Below, one piece after another: positions 1 through 9,600 of a stretch of 50,803 nucleotides of DNA. How positions within the stretch are numbered: position 1 is the stretch's first letter; every line of letters starts with the position of its first letter. The notes under the pieces were generated by a model, which was not told the origin of the DNA, did no database searches, and worked only from the letters and a program-made list of their open reading frames with translations. The DNA lies in the IMG/VR virus record IMGVR_UViG_3300042893_002153, positions 1 to 50,803 of that record; one strand, written 5' to 3'. Position numbers and translations under genes: made by a program. Source of the DNA: a virus (taxonomy: Duplodnaviria > Caudoviricetes).

Positions 1-112
1 TATAATAAAATCAAGAGGTAATTATGGCTATTGAAAACAAAGAAGATTTAGTAAAAAAAGTTGCGGTGTTAGAAGACAAACTTTTACCACTCAGACAAGC
101 AAGTGAAGAACT
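1..112. repeat. Terminal overlap, copy 1 (identical to 50692-50803); circular or terminally redundant assembly
   Basis: Exact 112-nt identity with the window end, breaking inside ORF 24..428. Confidence 0.97.
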
Positions 113-428
113 TGTTCTTGTTAAAAAACAACTTGTAGACGTGTTAAAAAGCAAAGAAGAAGTTATTGCTAATGAACACACTGTAAGAAAAGAATTACAA
201 AAATTACAAGCAGAATTTGGTGGAAACATAAAAATCATTGAAGCAAAAGATAAACAAATTGAAACATTAAAAGCAGATTTAAATAAACTTGCTACATTGT
301 TTGATGAATATATTGTTGCCTATCAAGACCAAGTGAAGATGCTTGGCGTGTTCGTAAAAAATACTCAAACCGTAGAAAAATATCTAACGGTAAAAATAAA
401 TGAGTTTAATGGAGGAAATAAAAAATGA
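24..428 (+). CDS. Coiled-coil hypothetical protein in the tail-fibre region
   Basis: 134 aa, K/E/L heptad-rich; GAGG RBS; ATGA overlap with the next gene. Confidence 0.75.
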   Translation: MAIENKEDLVKKVAVLEDKLLPLRQASEELVLVKKQLVDVLKSKEEVIANEHTVRKELQKLQAEFGGNIKIIEAKDKQIETLKADLNKLATLFDEYIVAYQDQVKMLGVFVKNTQTVEKYLTVKINEFNGGNKK

Positions 429-1906
429 TTATTAAACGTTGGGACGGGTCGGCATTCGTAAAAGAATTTCCAGAAACAAAAGCGCAGTTAATTCGTAATA
501 ACGGAGATACTGAAAACATCTTTGATGGAAATGATAAATTAAAACTAAACTATTTACCAGATGCAGTATTTGATAGTTTGTATTTTGTAAACACAACAGG
601 AGATGTTTATGGTGCTACAAGTGGAAGTTTAGGAACTTTAACATGGGACGCAATCCAAAACGCTGCGAGTGCAACAAGAAGTGCCAAAGGTTCTTATTAT
701 GTTGCAGACGACCCATTTACTTTTTCTCAAACTACGACATCAACCGATTTTTCTGGAACATACATTATTGCTACATTTTCTTCTCGTGATAATGACTCAG
801 TTGGTGCGTCTGCTAATGGTGGTTCAACCGCAAATAACGTTTTAGAAGTTGGTGATTGGCTTGTTTTGACCAATTTAACGGGCGCTGGAACTGTTGGTAG
901 TCCATACGTTGCTACTTGGGCTGTGGTCAATAACGTTTATGATAATGCTACAACTTCAATTTTTGGTCTTACTCAATTATCTTCACGCACGACTTACGCT
1001 TCATTAAGTGGTAGTAACGTTGTTACTGAAAGCGTGTTAAAAACAGTTGTTGATAACGCTGCATTTGCTTCTGGAACTCACGTTCACGGAAATATTACAA
1101 ACGCTGGTGCAATCGGTTCTACAGCAACTTTACCAATCATTACTGGGGCAAGTGGTGTTTTAACGGCAGGTTCTTTTGGAACAACCGCTGGAACATTCGC
1201 ACAAGGTAATGACTCACGATTATCCGATGCAAGAACCCCAACCTCACACGTCCACGGTAATATTACCAACGTAGGTGCGATTGGTTCAACTGCAAACTTA
1301 CCAATCATTACCACAACGAGTGGTGTTTTAATTGCAGGTTCGTTTGGCACAACGGCTAATACATTTACGCAAGGTAATGACAGCCGTTTATCAGACGCAA
1401 GAACTCCAACTTCACACGTTCACGGCGACATTTCTAACGCTGGTGCGATTACAAGCACGGTTATTACTCCTGCAACAGGCGACGCAATTATTTTAAGTGA
1501 TACAAGCGCCTCTGATGCTTTAAAACGTGGTATCTCGATTGGCACAAGCACAACCACCTTCTTACGTAACGATGGAACTTGGGGAACGCCAGTAGACACA
1601 AATACAACTTATTCAGTAGCAACTTCTACCGTTTTAGGGCTTGTTGAATTGTTTAGCGATACTCAACAATCAGTAGCAGCTAACGCAGTCAGTTCGACAG
1701 CACTTAGAACGTATGGTGTCCAATTAAACTCTAACAACCAAGCCGTTGTAAACGTTCCTTGGACTGATACCGACACGGTTGCAACTGTGACTGCCTTGGG
1801 TGGTTTATCAGCAACTTCTAACTCATTTCGAATGGTTCACCCATTCTTCGTTCAAGCAGACGCACCATCTACTCCTTTAACAGGCACAATTTGGTTTGAT
1901 ATTTAG
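425..1906 (+). CDS. Tail fibre / receptor-binding-type protein with HxH repeats
   Basis: Thr/Ser/Gly-rich; three HVHG motifs; GNDSRLSDARTP repeats; ATxxxxGLxxL fibre repeats; N-term IIKRWDG and C-term P-x2-P-x-TG-x2-WFDI. Confidence 0.8.
   Translation: MIIKRWDGSAFVKEFPETKAQLIRNNGDTENIFDGNDKLKLNYLPDAVFDSLYFVNTTGDVYGATSGSLGTLTWDAIQNAASATRSAKGSYYVADDPFTFSQTTTSTDFSGTYIIATFSSRDNDSVGASANGGSTANNVLEVGDWLVLTNLTGAGTVGSPYVATWAVVNNVYDNATTSIFGLTQLSSRTTYASLSGSNVVTESVLKTVVDNAAFASGTHVHGNITNAGAIGSTATLPIITGASGVLTAGSFGTTAGTFAQGNDSRLSDARTPTSHVHGNITNVGAIGSTANLPIITTTSGVLIAGSFGTTANTFTQGNDSRLSDARTPTSHVHGDISNAGAITSTVITPATGDAIILSDTSASDALKRGISIGTSTTTFLRNDGTWGTPVDTNTTYSVATSTVLGLVELFSDTQQSVAANAVSSTALRTYGVQLNSNNQAVVNVPWTDTDTVATVTALGGLSATSNSFRMVHPFFVQADAPSTPLTGTIWFDI
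1079..1455 (+). repeat. 168-nt (56-aa) tandem repeat, two full units plus a partial third
   Basis: HVHG codons start at 1079, 1247 and 1415; protein is near-identical with many synonymous DNA changes. Confidence 0.9.
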
Positions 1907-1924
1907 TAGGGTGGTGAATGGTAT

Positions 1925-2578
1925 ATGCCAGACACTATCTTAAAACGATGGAACGGTTCTTCGTTCGAGGAACTTTATCCTAAAACAACTGTAGGTCAAA
2001 TCTCAGCAAGTGGAACGCTATCAAGTTCTACTTTTCTTCGTGGCGATGGTCAGTGGCAAACTCCTGCTACGCAATCTCATACACACGGAAATATCACTAA
2101 CGCTGGCGCGATAGGTTCAACAAGTGGTTTGGGAGTTGTTACAACAACAAGTGGGGTTTTAACAACGCGTTCAATTAGCGACAGCACGACATTAACAATT
2201 TTAGATAGTGCATCAACAAACCTTGTGACTGAACGAGATGTTTATTTTGGAACACACTATATATTTATAGATGTTAGCGCTGCGATAGCAAATTCAACAA
2301 CTTTTACAACAATGACTATTACAAGTGGTATGCGTGATTTTCTTTTGCATATTCACCAAGATTCTACAACGGGTGCAGTTGTCGCAAATATGAGTTTTAC
2401 TACGGCAAGTTCCGAAAGTATGGGAACGGCAACACCAGGCAAAACACACCGTGTTGAGTGGTCTAACGGTTCTGCGGCGCAAAGAATGAATATTGAAGTA
2501 TTTTTATCTGGAACAACTTTATCTTTTAGACACAGTTTTACAGGTGCTTCTTTGGCTTTTAGATGGTTTGGAAGATAG
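1925..2578 (+). CDS. Short distal tail fibre protein
   Basis: N-term ILKRWNG; shares FLRxDGxWxTP and HTHGNITNAGAIGST with the upstream fibre; beta-rich C-terminal head. Confidence 0.75.
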   Translation: MPDTILKRWNGSSFEELYPKTTVGQISASGTLSSSTFLRGDGQWQTPATQSHTHGNITNAGAIGSTSGLGVVTTTSGVLTTRSISDSTTLTILDSASTNLVTERDVYFGTHYIFIDVSAAIANSTTFTTMTITSGMRDFLLHIHQDSTTGAVVANMSFTTASSESMGTATPGKTHRVEWSNGSAAQRMNIEVFLSGTTLSFRHSFTGASLAFRWFGR

Positions 2579-2580
2579 TG

Positions 2581-2589
2581 TGTTATAAT
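2581..2589 (+). promoter_or_regulatory. Extended -10 promoter TGtTATAAT
   Basis: Consensus TGnTATAAT followed by AAAGGA RBS and ATG at 2608. Confidence 0.65.
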
Positions 2590-2607
2590 ATTGAAAGGAA
2601 ATAAAAT

Positions 2608-2883
2608 ATGGCAGAATCAACTCTCAAACGTGTAGGCGTAAGTGGTTATAACAAACCAAAACGCACACCCTCTCACCCAAAGAAATCACATGTTGTTGTT
2701 GCGAAGGTCGGAAGAAAAGTGAAGACCATTCGTTTCGGACAACAAGGTGTAAGTGGTGCTGGAGCAAATCCAAAATCTGAAAAAGACAAAGCGAGACAAA
2801 AATCGTTCAAAGCACGTCACGGAAGAAACATTGCAAAAGGAAAGATGTCTGCAGCGTATTGGGCAGATAAGGTGAAATGGTAA
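2608..2883 (+). CDS. Small basic conserved phage protein (KTIRFGQQG / SFKARH / SAAYWA type)
   Basis: 91 aa, K/R-rich; motif set resembles a widespread aquatic-phage protein of unknown function. Confidence 0.8.
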   Translation: MAESTLKRVGVSGYNKPKRTPSHPKKSHVVVAKVGRKVKTIRFGQQGVSGAGANPKSEKDKARQKSFKARHGRNIAKGKMSAAYWADKVKW

Positions 2884-3035
2884 TGAAAAAAGGATTATAC
2901 GCAAACATACACGCGAAACGCAAACGCATTAAAGCCGGTAGTGGAGAACGTATGCGAAAAGTAGGAAGTAAAGGCGCACCGAAGCGCAAAGACTTCGTTC
3001 GTTCAGCAAAAACTGCAAAGAAGGGAGGACGTTAA
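2883..3035 (+). CDS. 50-aa basic protein MKKGLYANIHAKRKRIKAGSGERMRKVGSKGAP... (absent from the ORF track)
   Basis: TAATG overlap with the previous stop; GLYANIHAKRKR...KGAP motif resembles small aquatic-phage proteins. Confidence 0.8.
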   Translation: MKKGLYANIHAKRKRIKAGSGERMRKVGSKGAPKRKDFVRSAKTAKKGGR

Positions 3036-3036
3036 T

Positions 3037-3138
3037 ATGCCAAAAGGTATTGGATATGGAAAAAAAGCGATGAAGAAGTTAGGTAAGGGTAAAGTCAACA
3101 AGATGCGCAAAGCCAAAGGAATGAAGGTGATGAGGTAA
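3037..3138 (+). CDS. 33-aa K/G/M-rich basic peptide MPKGIGYGKKAMKK... (absent from the ORF track)
   Basis: GGAGG RBS upstream; TAATG overlap with the next gene. Confidence 0.65.
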   Translation: MPKGIGYGKKAMKKLGKGKVNKMRKAKGMKVMR

Positions 3139-3782
3139 TGGACGGATTAGAATTAGTTTCTGGAACAATCGAACAGTTAATTGCTGCTATTCCGCAGATT
3201 GTGCTGGTGTTAACCACACTTGTGTACGCTTTGCGGAGTATTGGCAATAAAGTTGGAACTTATCCAAAGATTGCGAACGAAACAAAAAGTAGCGTCGATT
3301 TAAGTCTTGCTGGAATCAAAACAAACCTTGATACCAGTCTTTCTGCGATTAAAGCAAAGATTGAAGGCATTCTAAGTGTTTCACAAGAAAGATTTATCAC
3401 AACATTAGAAGCAAGCAATAATGAAACACAGAACAAGATTAGCAAAACACTTGCCACAATGGAAACCGAACTTACCACTTACAAGAATCAACTTGCTACT
3501 AATATTGAACAAACAAACTTACTCTCTCGTCAAAACAAAATCTTTATGGACGTAATTTTAGAGTTGGTAGCAAAAGACCCAATTAAAGTAAGCCAAGGAA
3601 TCACCCAAGCCGTTTCTACTAAAATCAATCTTACAAAAGAAGAACTAGAAAAATACCCAGAAATTCTAGTCAAAGATAAAAAGGTTTTAGAATCAGCATT
3701 ACAAGAAGCGTATAAGTTAATGGGCAAAGTTTCCTTCGAAAAATTGTTGAAGAACATTGGATATGGAAAAGAAAACAATTAA
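3138..3782 (+). CDS. Membrane-anchored coiled-coil protein
   Basis: N-terminal hydrophobic helix (LIAAIPQIVLVLTTLVYAL) followed by helical coiled coil. Confidence 0.75.
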   Translation: MDGLELVSGTIEQLIAAIPQIVLVLTTLVYALRSIGNKVGTYPKIANETKSSVDLSLAGIKTNLDTSLSAIKAKIEGILSVSQERFITTLEASNNETQNKISKTLATMETELTTYKNQLATNIEQTNLLSRQNKIFMDVILELVAKDPIKVSQGITQAVSTKINLTKEELEKYPEILVKDKKVLESALQEAYKLMGKVSFEKLLKNIGYGKENN

Positions 3783-4281
3783 TTACCGCCGAAAATCCCG
3801 CACTTATAAAGCGTTGGGTTATACTTCCCTGGGAATCGGAACTCTCGGCGGTTTTTTTGTTTATCAACTCGCTACTGATTGGAGCCAATTTCAAACCGAA
3901 CTAGAAAACTTCGTTGTTATTAATCAACAATCCGTCAAATTAAACTTTGTTCTTGCAATACCGATTTTGTTATCCATCATTATCTTTACTTGGATTACCA
4001 TGCGCAAAAATCGTGAGTTCTTTAAAGATAAAGTAAGTCTAAGTCTTTTGATGACCATTTCTTCCTTGTATTTAGTGTATAGCATTATCGAAATAACACT
4101 TGCCACCTTGATTGGTGCTTTCGCGGGTGCGATTATTGATGAGTTTGTTTTTAACCCACTAGCGATTGCCAACAAGCAAAAGTTTTTGGAAAGCAAAGAT
4201 GTTGACACCGAGTATGATAAAGAAATGCGCCGTATTAAAGCAAGACAGAAAGTTAAGGAAGATTTAGATGGAAGCGTCTGA
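3763..4281 (+). CDS. Multi-pass membrane protein (about 4 TM)
   Basis: Basic N-terminus, four hydrophobic segments, charged C-terminus; ATG at 3763 preferred over TTG at 3757. Confidence 0.75.
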   Translation: MEKKTINYRRKSRTYKALGYTSLGIGTLGGFFVYQLATDWSQFQTELENFVVINQQSVKLNFVLAIPILLSIIIFTWITMRKNREFFKDKVSLSLLMTISSLYLVYSIIEITLATLIGAFAGAIIDEFVFNPLAIANKQKFLESKDVDTEYDKEMRRIKARQKVKEDLDGSV

Positions 4282-5341
4282 TTTTCAAACTAAAGATAGT
4301 GTTTTTTATTCAACATATACCAAGGCTCGTTCTTGGATTTCGACTTTTTTAGGCATCATTTTAACAGTCCTTGGTATTTCCGTTGTCTTTATTGTTTCAT
4401 CTCTCGAAGGCACCAAAGAGATTCAAGCGCCCAGTGCCGTTTCTGCGGCCATTTTAAACGCATGGAGAGAACAAAACCCAGGTGAGTTATATCCAGAGCC
4501 TCGCGCGGACGTGTTCGTGTATGACGGCAAGGAATACTATTTTGTGATTAATAGCGACAACCCAGAAACCGAAGTTATAGAAGACTGGCACTTTTCCTAT
4601 GATGGTGGACTTGATTATGTTTTTAGCGATTATAAGTTTTATGTGTTGACCGCAATAACCACTGTGGTTTCTATTTATGTTGCGTATGTAAACTATATAA
4701 CCACTTCTAGAAGCGTCATGGGAACCGAAGCGTTTGTTAAAACATTAAAACATTACCAAGAAAAGAAACTAAAAATAGAAAAGTACACACAATATATCCC
4801 CGACTTTTGTCTTTATAAGAACCGTCAAGCATATGAAAACGCCAAGCGGGACATCATCGAAGAAGCAGCGATTGCCTATGATGTTTATGATAAAAACAGG
4901 TTAAATTATGACTTTTTCAAAAAACTTCAACCTTGGCAACTAAAAACATTAAAGAAGATTAAGAAGATTAAAGTCCAAAAGATTTACTCCGCTGACCTTT
5001 TACAAGAGCATAACGCAGGTGGGCTTGAATTAAGTATTAAGATGCTTCCACAAAGCCAAAAAGAGCACCAAAAGATGTTTGTATGGGGTGGCGTATTACA
5101 ACGCGTCCTTACCAGTGCTTTAAGTGGTCTTACCGTTGCGTTTGGCATCGTTTTAGGTAATTGGGTGCTTGGCATCACTTACGGCATCAGTGTCTTTATT
5201 AGTTTTGTGTCCGCTGTTGTTATTGCAACCGATTTTGTCAGCACAACATTGCGCAATCGCTTTCTTGCCAAAGCCGACCTTTTGAACGAGTTTGATAACA
5301 TTAAAGAGTTGTTTATCAAAACCGAAACAAAAAGTGTATAA
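4268..5341 (+). CDS. Multi-pass membrane protein with a soluble middle domain
   Basis: Hydrophobic segments at about aa 23-43, 124-143 and 270-325. Confidence 0.75.
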   Translation: MEASDFQTKDSVFYSTYTKARSWISTFLGIILTVLGISVVFIVSSLEGTKEIQAPSAVSAAILNAWREQNPGELYPEPRADVFVYDGKEYYFVINSDNPETEVIEDWHFSYDGGLDYVFSDYKFYVLTAITTVVSIYVAYVNYITTSRSVMGTEAFVKTLKHYQEKKLKIEKYTQYIPDFCLYKNRQAYENAKRDIIEEAAIAYDVYDKNRLNYDFFKKLQPWQLKTLKKIKKIKVQKIYSADLLQEHNAGGLELSIKMLPQSQKEHQKMFVWGGVLQRVLTSALSGLTVAFGIVLGNWVLGITYGISVFISFVSAVVIATDFVSTTLRNRFLAKADLLNEFDNIKELFIKTETKSV

Positions 5342-5360
5342 TAAAGGGAGGAAAAAAAAC

Positions 5361-6665
5361 ATGGCAATATCAACAACACAAGCAGCAGGTTATAGCGGTC
5401 AACCAACCACCACTACCACACCAACCACTTCCCCAAACAGCACAACAAATGTTATTTCTTCGACCTCCGTCGGCACAAATCCAGCAACTTTTTTATATGA
5501 TGTTGGTTTACAAAATATATACCAAGACTATCAAAAAAATGTGTCAATATTAAATCAAGCCGAACAACAATCATTACAAGACGCTTATACTGTTCGCGAA
5601 ATGAGTAAAAAATATCTTGGAGAGTATGCGTCAAATGTCGGTATTGGTGATGTAAGTGGAAATCTCTTGGATATTTATGGGCAATATCAACAAATGGTTT
5701 CCGCAACACGTAGCGCATTCCAGGGCGAAGAATTTAAACTTCAATCCGAGTTTGATAAAGCAAGAAGAGAGTTAGAAGCAGGAAAACTAGCATCAGGTCT
5801 TGCGCCAGAAGGCGAACCTGGCAGTCGCGGCATTATTGACTATGGTTCTCAATTTTTACCAGGAACAACTGATGTAAACCCAGACTATATTCCTGGATTT
5901 AATGCAAAAACATATTACCCCGACGATGTTGAAGTTGGTGATAATTCAAGAGTATTAAAAGTCGCTGGTGTCGAATATGTTTCGGTTGCTTTACCAGCCG
6001 GTGAAGAAAATAACTCCGCTTTTACCTTCACTACAGACGATATTAATGAATGGTATGGCAAGGCTTTTAATAATCCAAACAGTCCGTATTATCAAAAACC
6101 CGCGATGGCAGGTGCGGTTGTTTTTTTCGAAGATAACCAAACTTACTATTATAAAGGTCAAGACAATAAATGGTATCGTTTAAAAGGGGGAACTGGCGTT
6201 CAAACCAGTAATCAAATGGAATCGACTAATAATAATTTCTATATTCCATCGGATTCTACTTCTAACACCGCAAACGTTAACGGTCAACTAGTTGTTTTTT
6301 CAGTTGAACCAATAGATAAACTTAATACTTTAGGCGGACCAGATTTAGATAAACTTAAAGTATCTTATGGTGGTGTTGATTACACCATTCCTTTTGCTTC
6401 AGCGACTGGAAACCGAACAGTGATTGATGACAATTTTTCTTTTAAAGCAACCGATAACCCAAACATGACCGCAGACCAAAAAAATATATTAGACGAATTT
6501 TTTAAAAAACATAACACAGCAAGAACTCAAAAAGAAAGAGATAAAAGAGATTCAAAAAACCTTCGGCCAAATTCTTTTGTGTTTTATCGAGGCAAGTTTT
6601 ACGCCTTTACAAGTGGTAAAATAGTAGAAATGCGTAGAAGCACTCCAGCAACGACACAGGGGTAA
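5361..6665 (+). CDS. Putative internal virion / DNA-ejection protein
   Basis: Start moved to MAISTTQ (AGGGAGG RBS, TATAAT upstream); Thr-rich N-terminus and Q/Y-rich helical region; lies directly before the giant protein. Confidence 0.55.
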   Translation: MAISTTQAAGYSGQPTTTTTPTTSPNSTTNVISSTSVGTNPATFLYDVGLQNIYQDYQKNVSILNQAEQQSLQDAYTVREMSKKYLGEYASNVGIGDVSGNLLDIYGQYQQMVSATRSAFQGEEFKLQSEFDKARRELEAGKLASGLAPEGEPGSRGIIDYGSQFLPGTTDVNPDYIPGFNAKTYYPDDVEVGDNSRVLKVAGVEYVSVALPAGEENNSAFTFTTDDINEWYGKAFNNPNSPYYQKPAMAGAVVFFEDNQTYYYKGQDNKWYRLKGGTGVQTSNQMESTNNNFYIPSDSTSNTANVNGQLVVFSVEPIDKLNTLGGPDLDKLKVSYGGVDYTIPFASATGNRTVIDDNFSFKATDNPNMTADQKNILDEFFKKHNTARTQKERDKRDSKNLRPNSFVFYRGKFYAFTSGKIVEMRRSTPATTQG

Positions 6666-6668
6666 CAT

Positions 6669-9600
6669 ATGGCAACACAATATTATGGGCCGATTGCACC
6701 TTTGGTCCAAGATGCTATTAACCAAGCAACCACAAAAGTAGAAAACACCTTTAAAGAAAACAGTCTTTTAATCGACCGACTTACTAACCCAACTAAATAC
6801 ATGACACCGGGCGAAATCGGTTTTGCCTTGACTAATAGTGCGGTATACGATGTGTTTAAAGGAATGACTCAATCTGTTACCGGTCTTGTTTTTGGCACAG
6901 GACTTGCTTTGTGGGATTTACTGGTTGACATTCGCAACACCGTAAATGCGCCAACCAAAGAAGCAATGTTAAAAGAAGGAGTTAGTGCAATTTATCGTTT
7001 ATCCAACAACGTGCTTACCGCTTTAGGAACAACGGGGGCGGGGTTGTTGTCGGTTGGTGCCGAAGTGCTTACACTAGGTTACGCCGATACTACGTGGGCG
7101 CAAGACTATGCAAAAAACCTTCAAGTCCTAAATCGACAATATGCTTATTATCAATCAAGAGGTCAAGATAATGTAGGTCGTTTTATGAGTGAAGCAATGG
7201 TTGCTACTGGGAACCCGTTGTATGATGCAGCGCTTTTAAACAAAGATGACCCACTTTTAAAAGACGCATTTAACCAACAAGCCTTATACGCAGAAGATTA
7301 CGAAAAAAAATTTGGGGAAAGTTTTAAAAATATTGTCAACCAATCAGCAAACATTAAAAAGTTTATTGACAAAGAAATTTTTGATACAATCGTAAAAACC
7401 GCTGGATTAAAACAACAAAAAGACATTGCAGACATGCTTTATGCTGACTCACCACTATATCAAGCGTTTTCCGGTGTTTTACAAAGCATTGGTGCTATTT
7501 TAATGGCGCAAGGACTTGCAAAATTTTCTAATGCGCAAGGTTTAACAAACCCAGAGCAATCAGCAGCACTTGCCACGGCTTATTTCGGAACACAAGTTTT
7601 TGGTAACTCTTTCGAACAAGCCATTGATAACGGCGCATCTATTTCTGACGCATATATGTTTGCCACCGCCAACGCCGTCATTGAAACAATGATTGAACAA
7701 ATTGGTGGTTTAAAACTGGGGCTTGATAAAAATATATTGCCAACAACATTTCAAGCGTTTTTAAGAAATGGTTTTGAAGAAGGTATTGAAGAAGTCATGT
7801 CTGAGTTTTTAACTCCAGGTTTTGACCTTTATTCTGTACCATTAAAAGACCAAAAAGATTTCAAACTAGACCGAATGACCGATAAAGACATTATTCAAAG
7901 AATGTTTTTTGCTTTTGCTTCGGGTGCGGTTTCTGGTGGTGTTTTTGGTGCAACCAATCAATTTATCTATAATCAATCATTAGAAGGCAAGTTTGGCATG
8001 GTTCAAGCAGCATTTAAACAAGATGTTCAAAAGGTTGGTAAAGAAAGAGCGGTTTTATATCTTCGCCAACGATTACGTGAACTTATTAAATCTTTAAACA
8101 ATCCAAACCTGCAAGGATACAAAGTTAATAAAGGGCAGGGTTACTCGCTTTCTACCTTAACGACCGCCGAAAAGATTCAGTATATTAAAAACTTAGGTTT
8201 TGGTCGTATTATTGATATCGATGTAAATGATTTAAGCCGTGGTGCTCTTGGCACAAAAGACCAACCACTGACACCAGAACAATTCGAGGACGTTTTAAAC
8301 AATGGATATTTTTCGTTTAAATTAAGAAAAGATTTTGTCATTGACGAAACGGTTTTTCAACCCATTTACAACAACCAACGAATTAGTGTTCAAGAGTGGG
8401 CAGTTAACGCGGCCAGTGGTGGTGAAACACTTAACAACTCTCGCGTTGGTCCAGGCAAACCATTTATTCCACTAATGAGAGCAAACCTTACCCCTGTTGG
8501 TAAATCTATTTTAGCAATGGCTGATAAGTCCGGCGTTCCGATTGTGGTTGTGGCAAGTGACGCTTTACAACCAGAACTAAAAAACGAAGTGGCTTTCTAT
8601 ATTAATGGTGTTATTTTCTTTAATCAAAGTGCCGAAGTTGATGCTAATACAGCACTTGCCGAAGTAAGAAAACACGAGTTAATACACTTAATCGCCCGTC
8701 GTCTTCCACAACAATATAAAGAAATAGAAGAAGAAGTTCGCTCTTTGATAGATTTTAACCAGCTGATTCAAGTAGACCCTAAAAATGGAACTATTTCACT
8801 TAACTACAATGCCGAGTTTATTAAAGGTTTGTTTACTCCCGAACAACAAAAACAGTTTTTCGATAACTTAGACACCGCGCTTGCGGATATATTAGATACA
8901 TTTGGTGGTTCCGAAAAAATATTTGCCTTAATGCGTCTTGCTCAAAATCCAGAAACTGACGCCGATACAAAGAAACGTGCTGCAAACCGCGTTCGTATCA
9001 TTACCGAATCTATTGCTGTAAGAATGGGCGAAGAAACCACGTCGTATTTTGTCGAGGCAATGGTTAAGGATTCTGCCGCTTTTGTTAGAGCCATCGAAAC
9101 ACAAAACCCAAACATTCGCGAACGCTTAAAAAACTTTGTATCAAGAATGGCCCAAATCACGCGCGAACGTCGTTTCCAAAAGCAAATGGAAAGAATCTTT
9201 GGTGCAAACGCGCCATCGGCCGCAACACTGTCAACAGGTGAAGTTAAACCAGTTGGTAAAGCCGCCGAAGTTATCGAATCCGTGGAACAAAAGATTACTG
9301 CCGCAACAAGAAAATTAGTAAAAGAAAGAAGTTCATTAGACTATTTTTATCGTAACTTCTTTGCTTCAAGAGAGTCTTTACGACAATTTATCAACCCAAC
9401 AATATTAAAGAAATACAACGAAGATATGGACCTCATATTTGAATCGCTTTCCCGCGCGATAGAAATTGACCCGTATTCTAAAGTTATGTCCATTGAAGGC
9501 ACGCAGTATAACATTGAAGACGTGTTTGCTGGAAACATGGACTTTGCTTCAAAGAAAACCGATAAACAAAAAACATCATTACAAATCTTTTCCGAAAACT

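Noticed and set aside
1079-1455. Fibre repeats as diversity-generating retroelement TR/VR
   Set aside because: No reverse transcriptase in the genome; differences are mostly synonymous, not adenine-specific.
1904-1909. Genome-wide TAG or TGA stop-codon reassignment
   Set aside because: All conserved genes are full length in code 11; TAG and TGA end genes at sensible positions with RBS or ATGA coupling; no suppressor tRNA seen.
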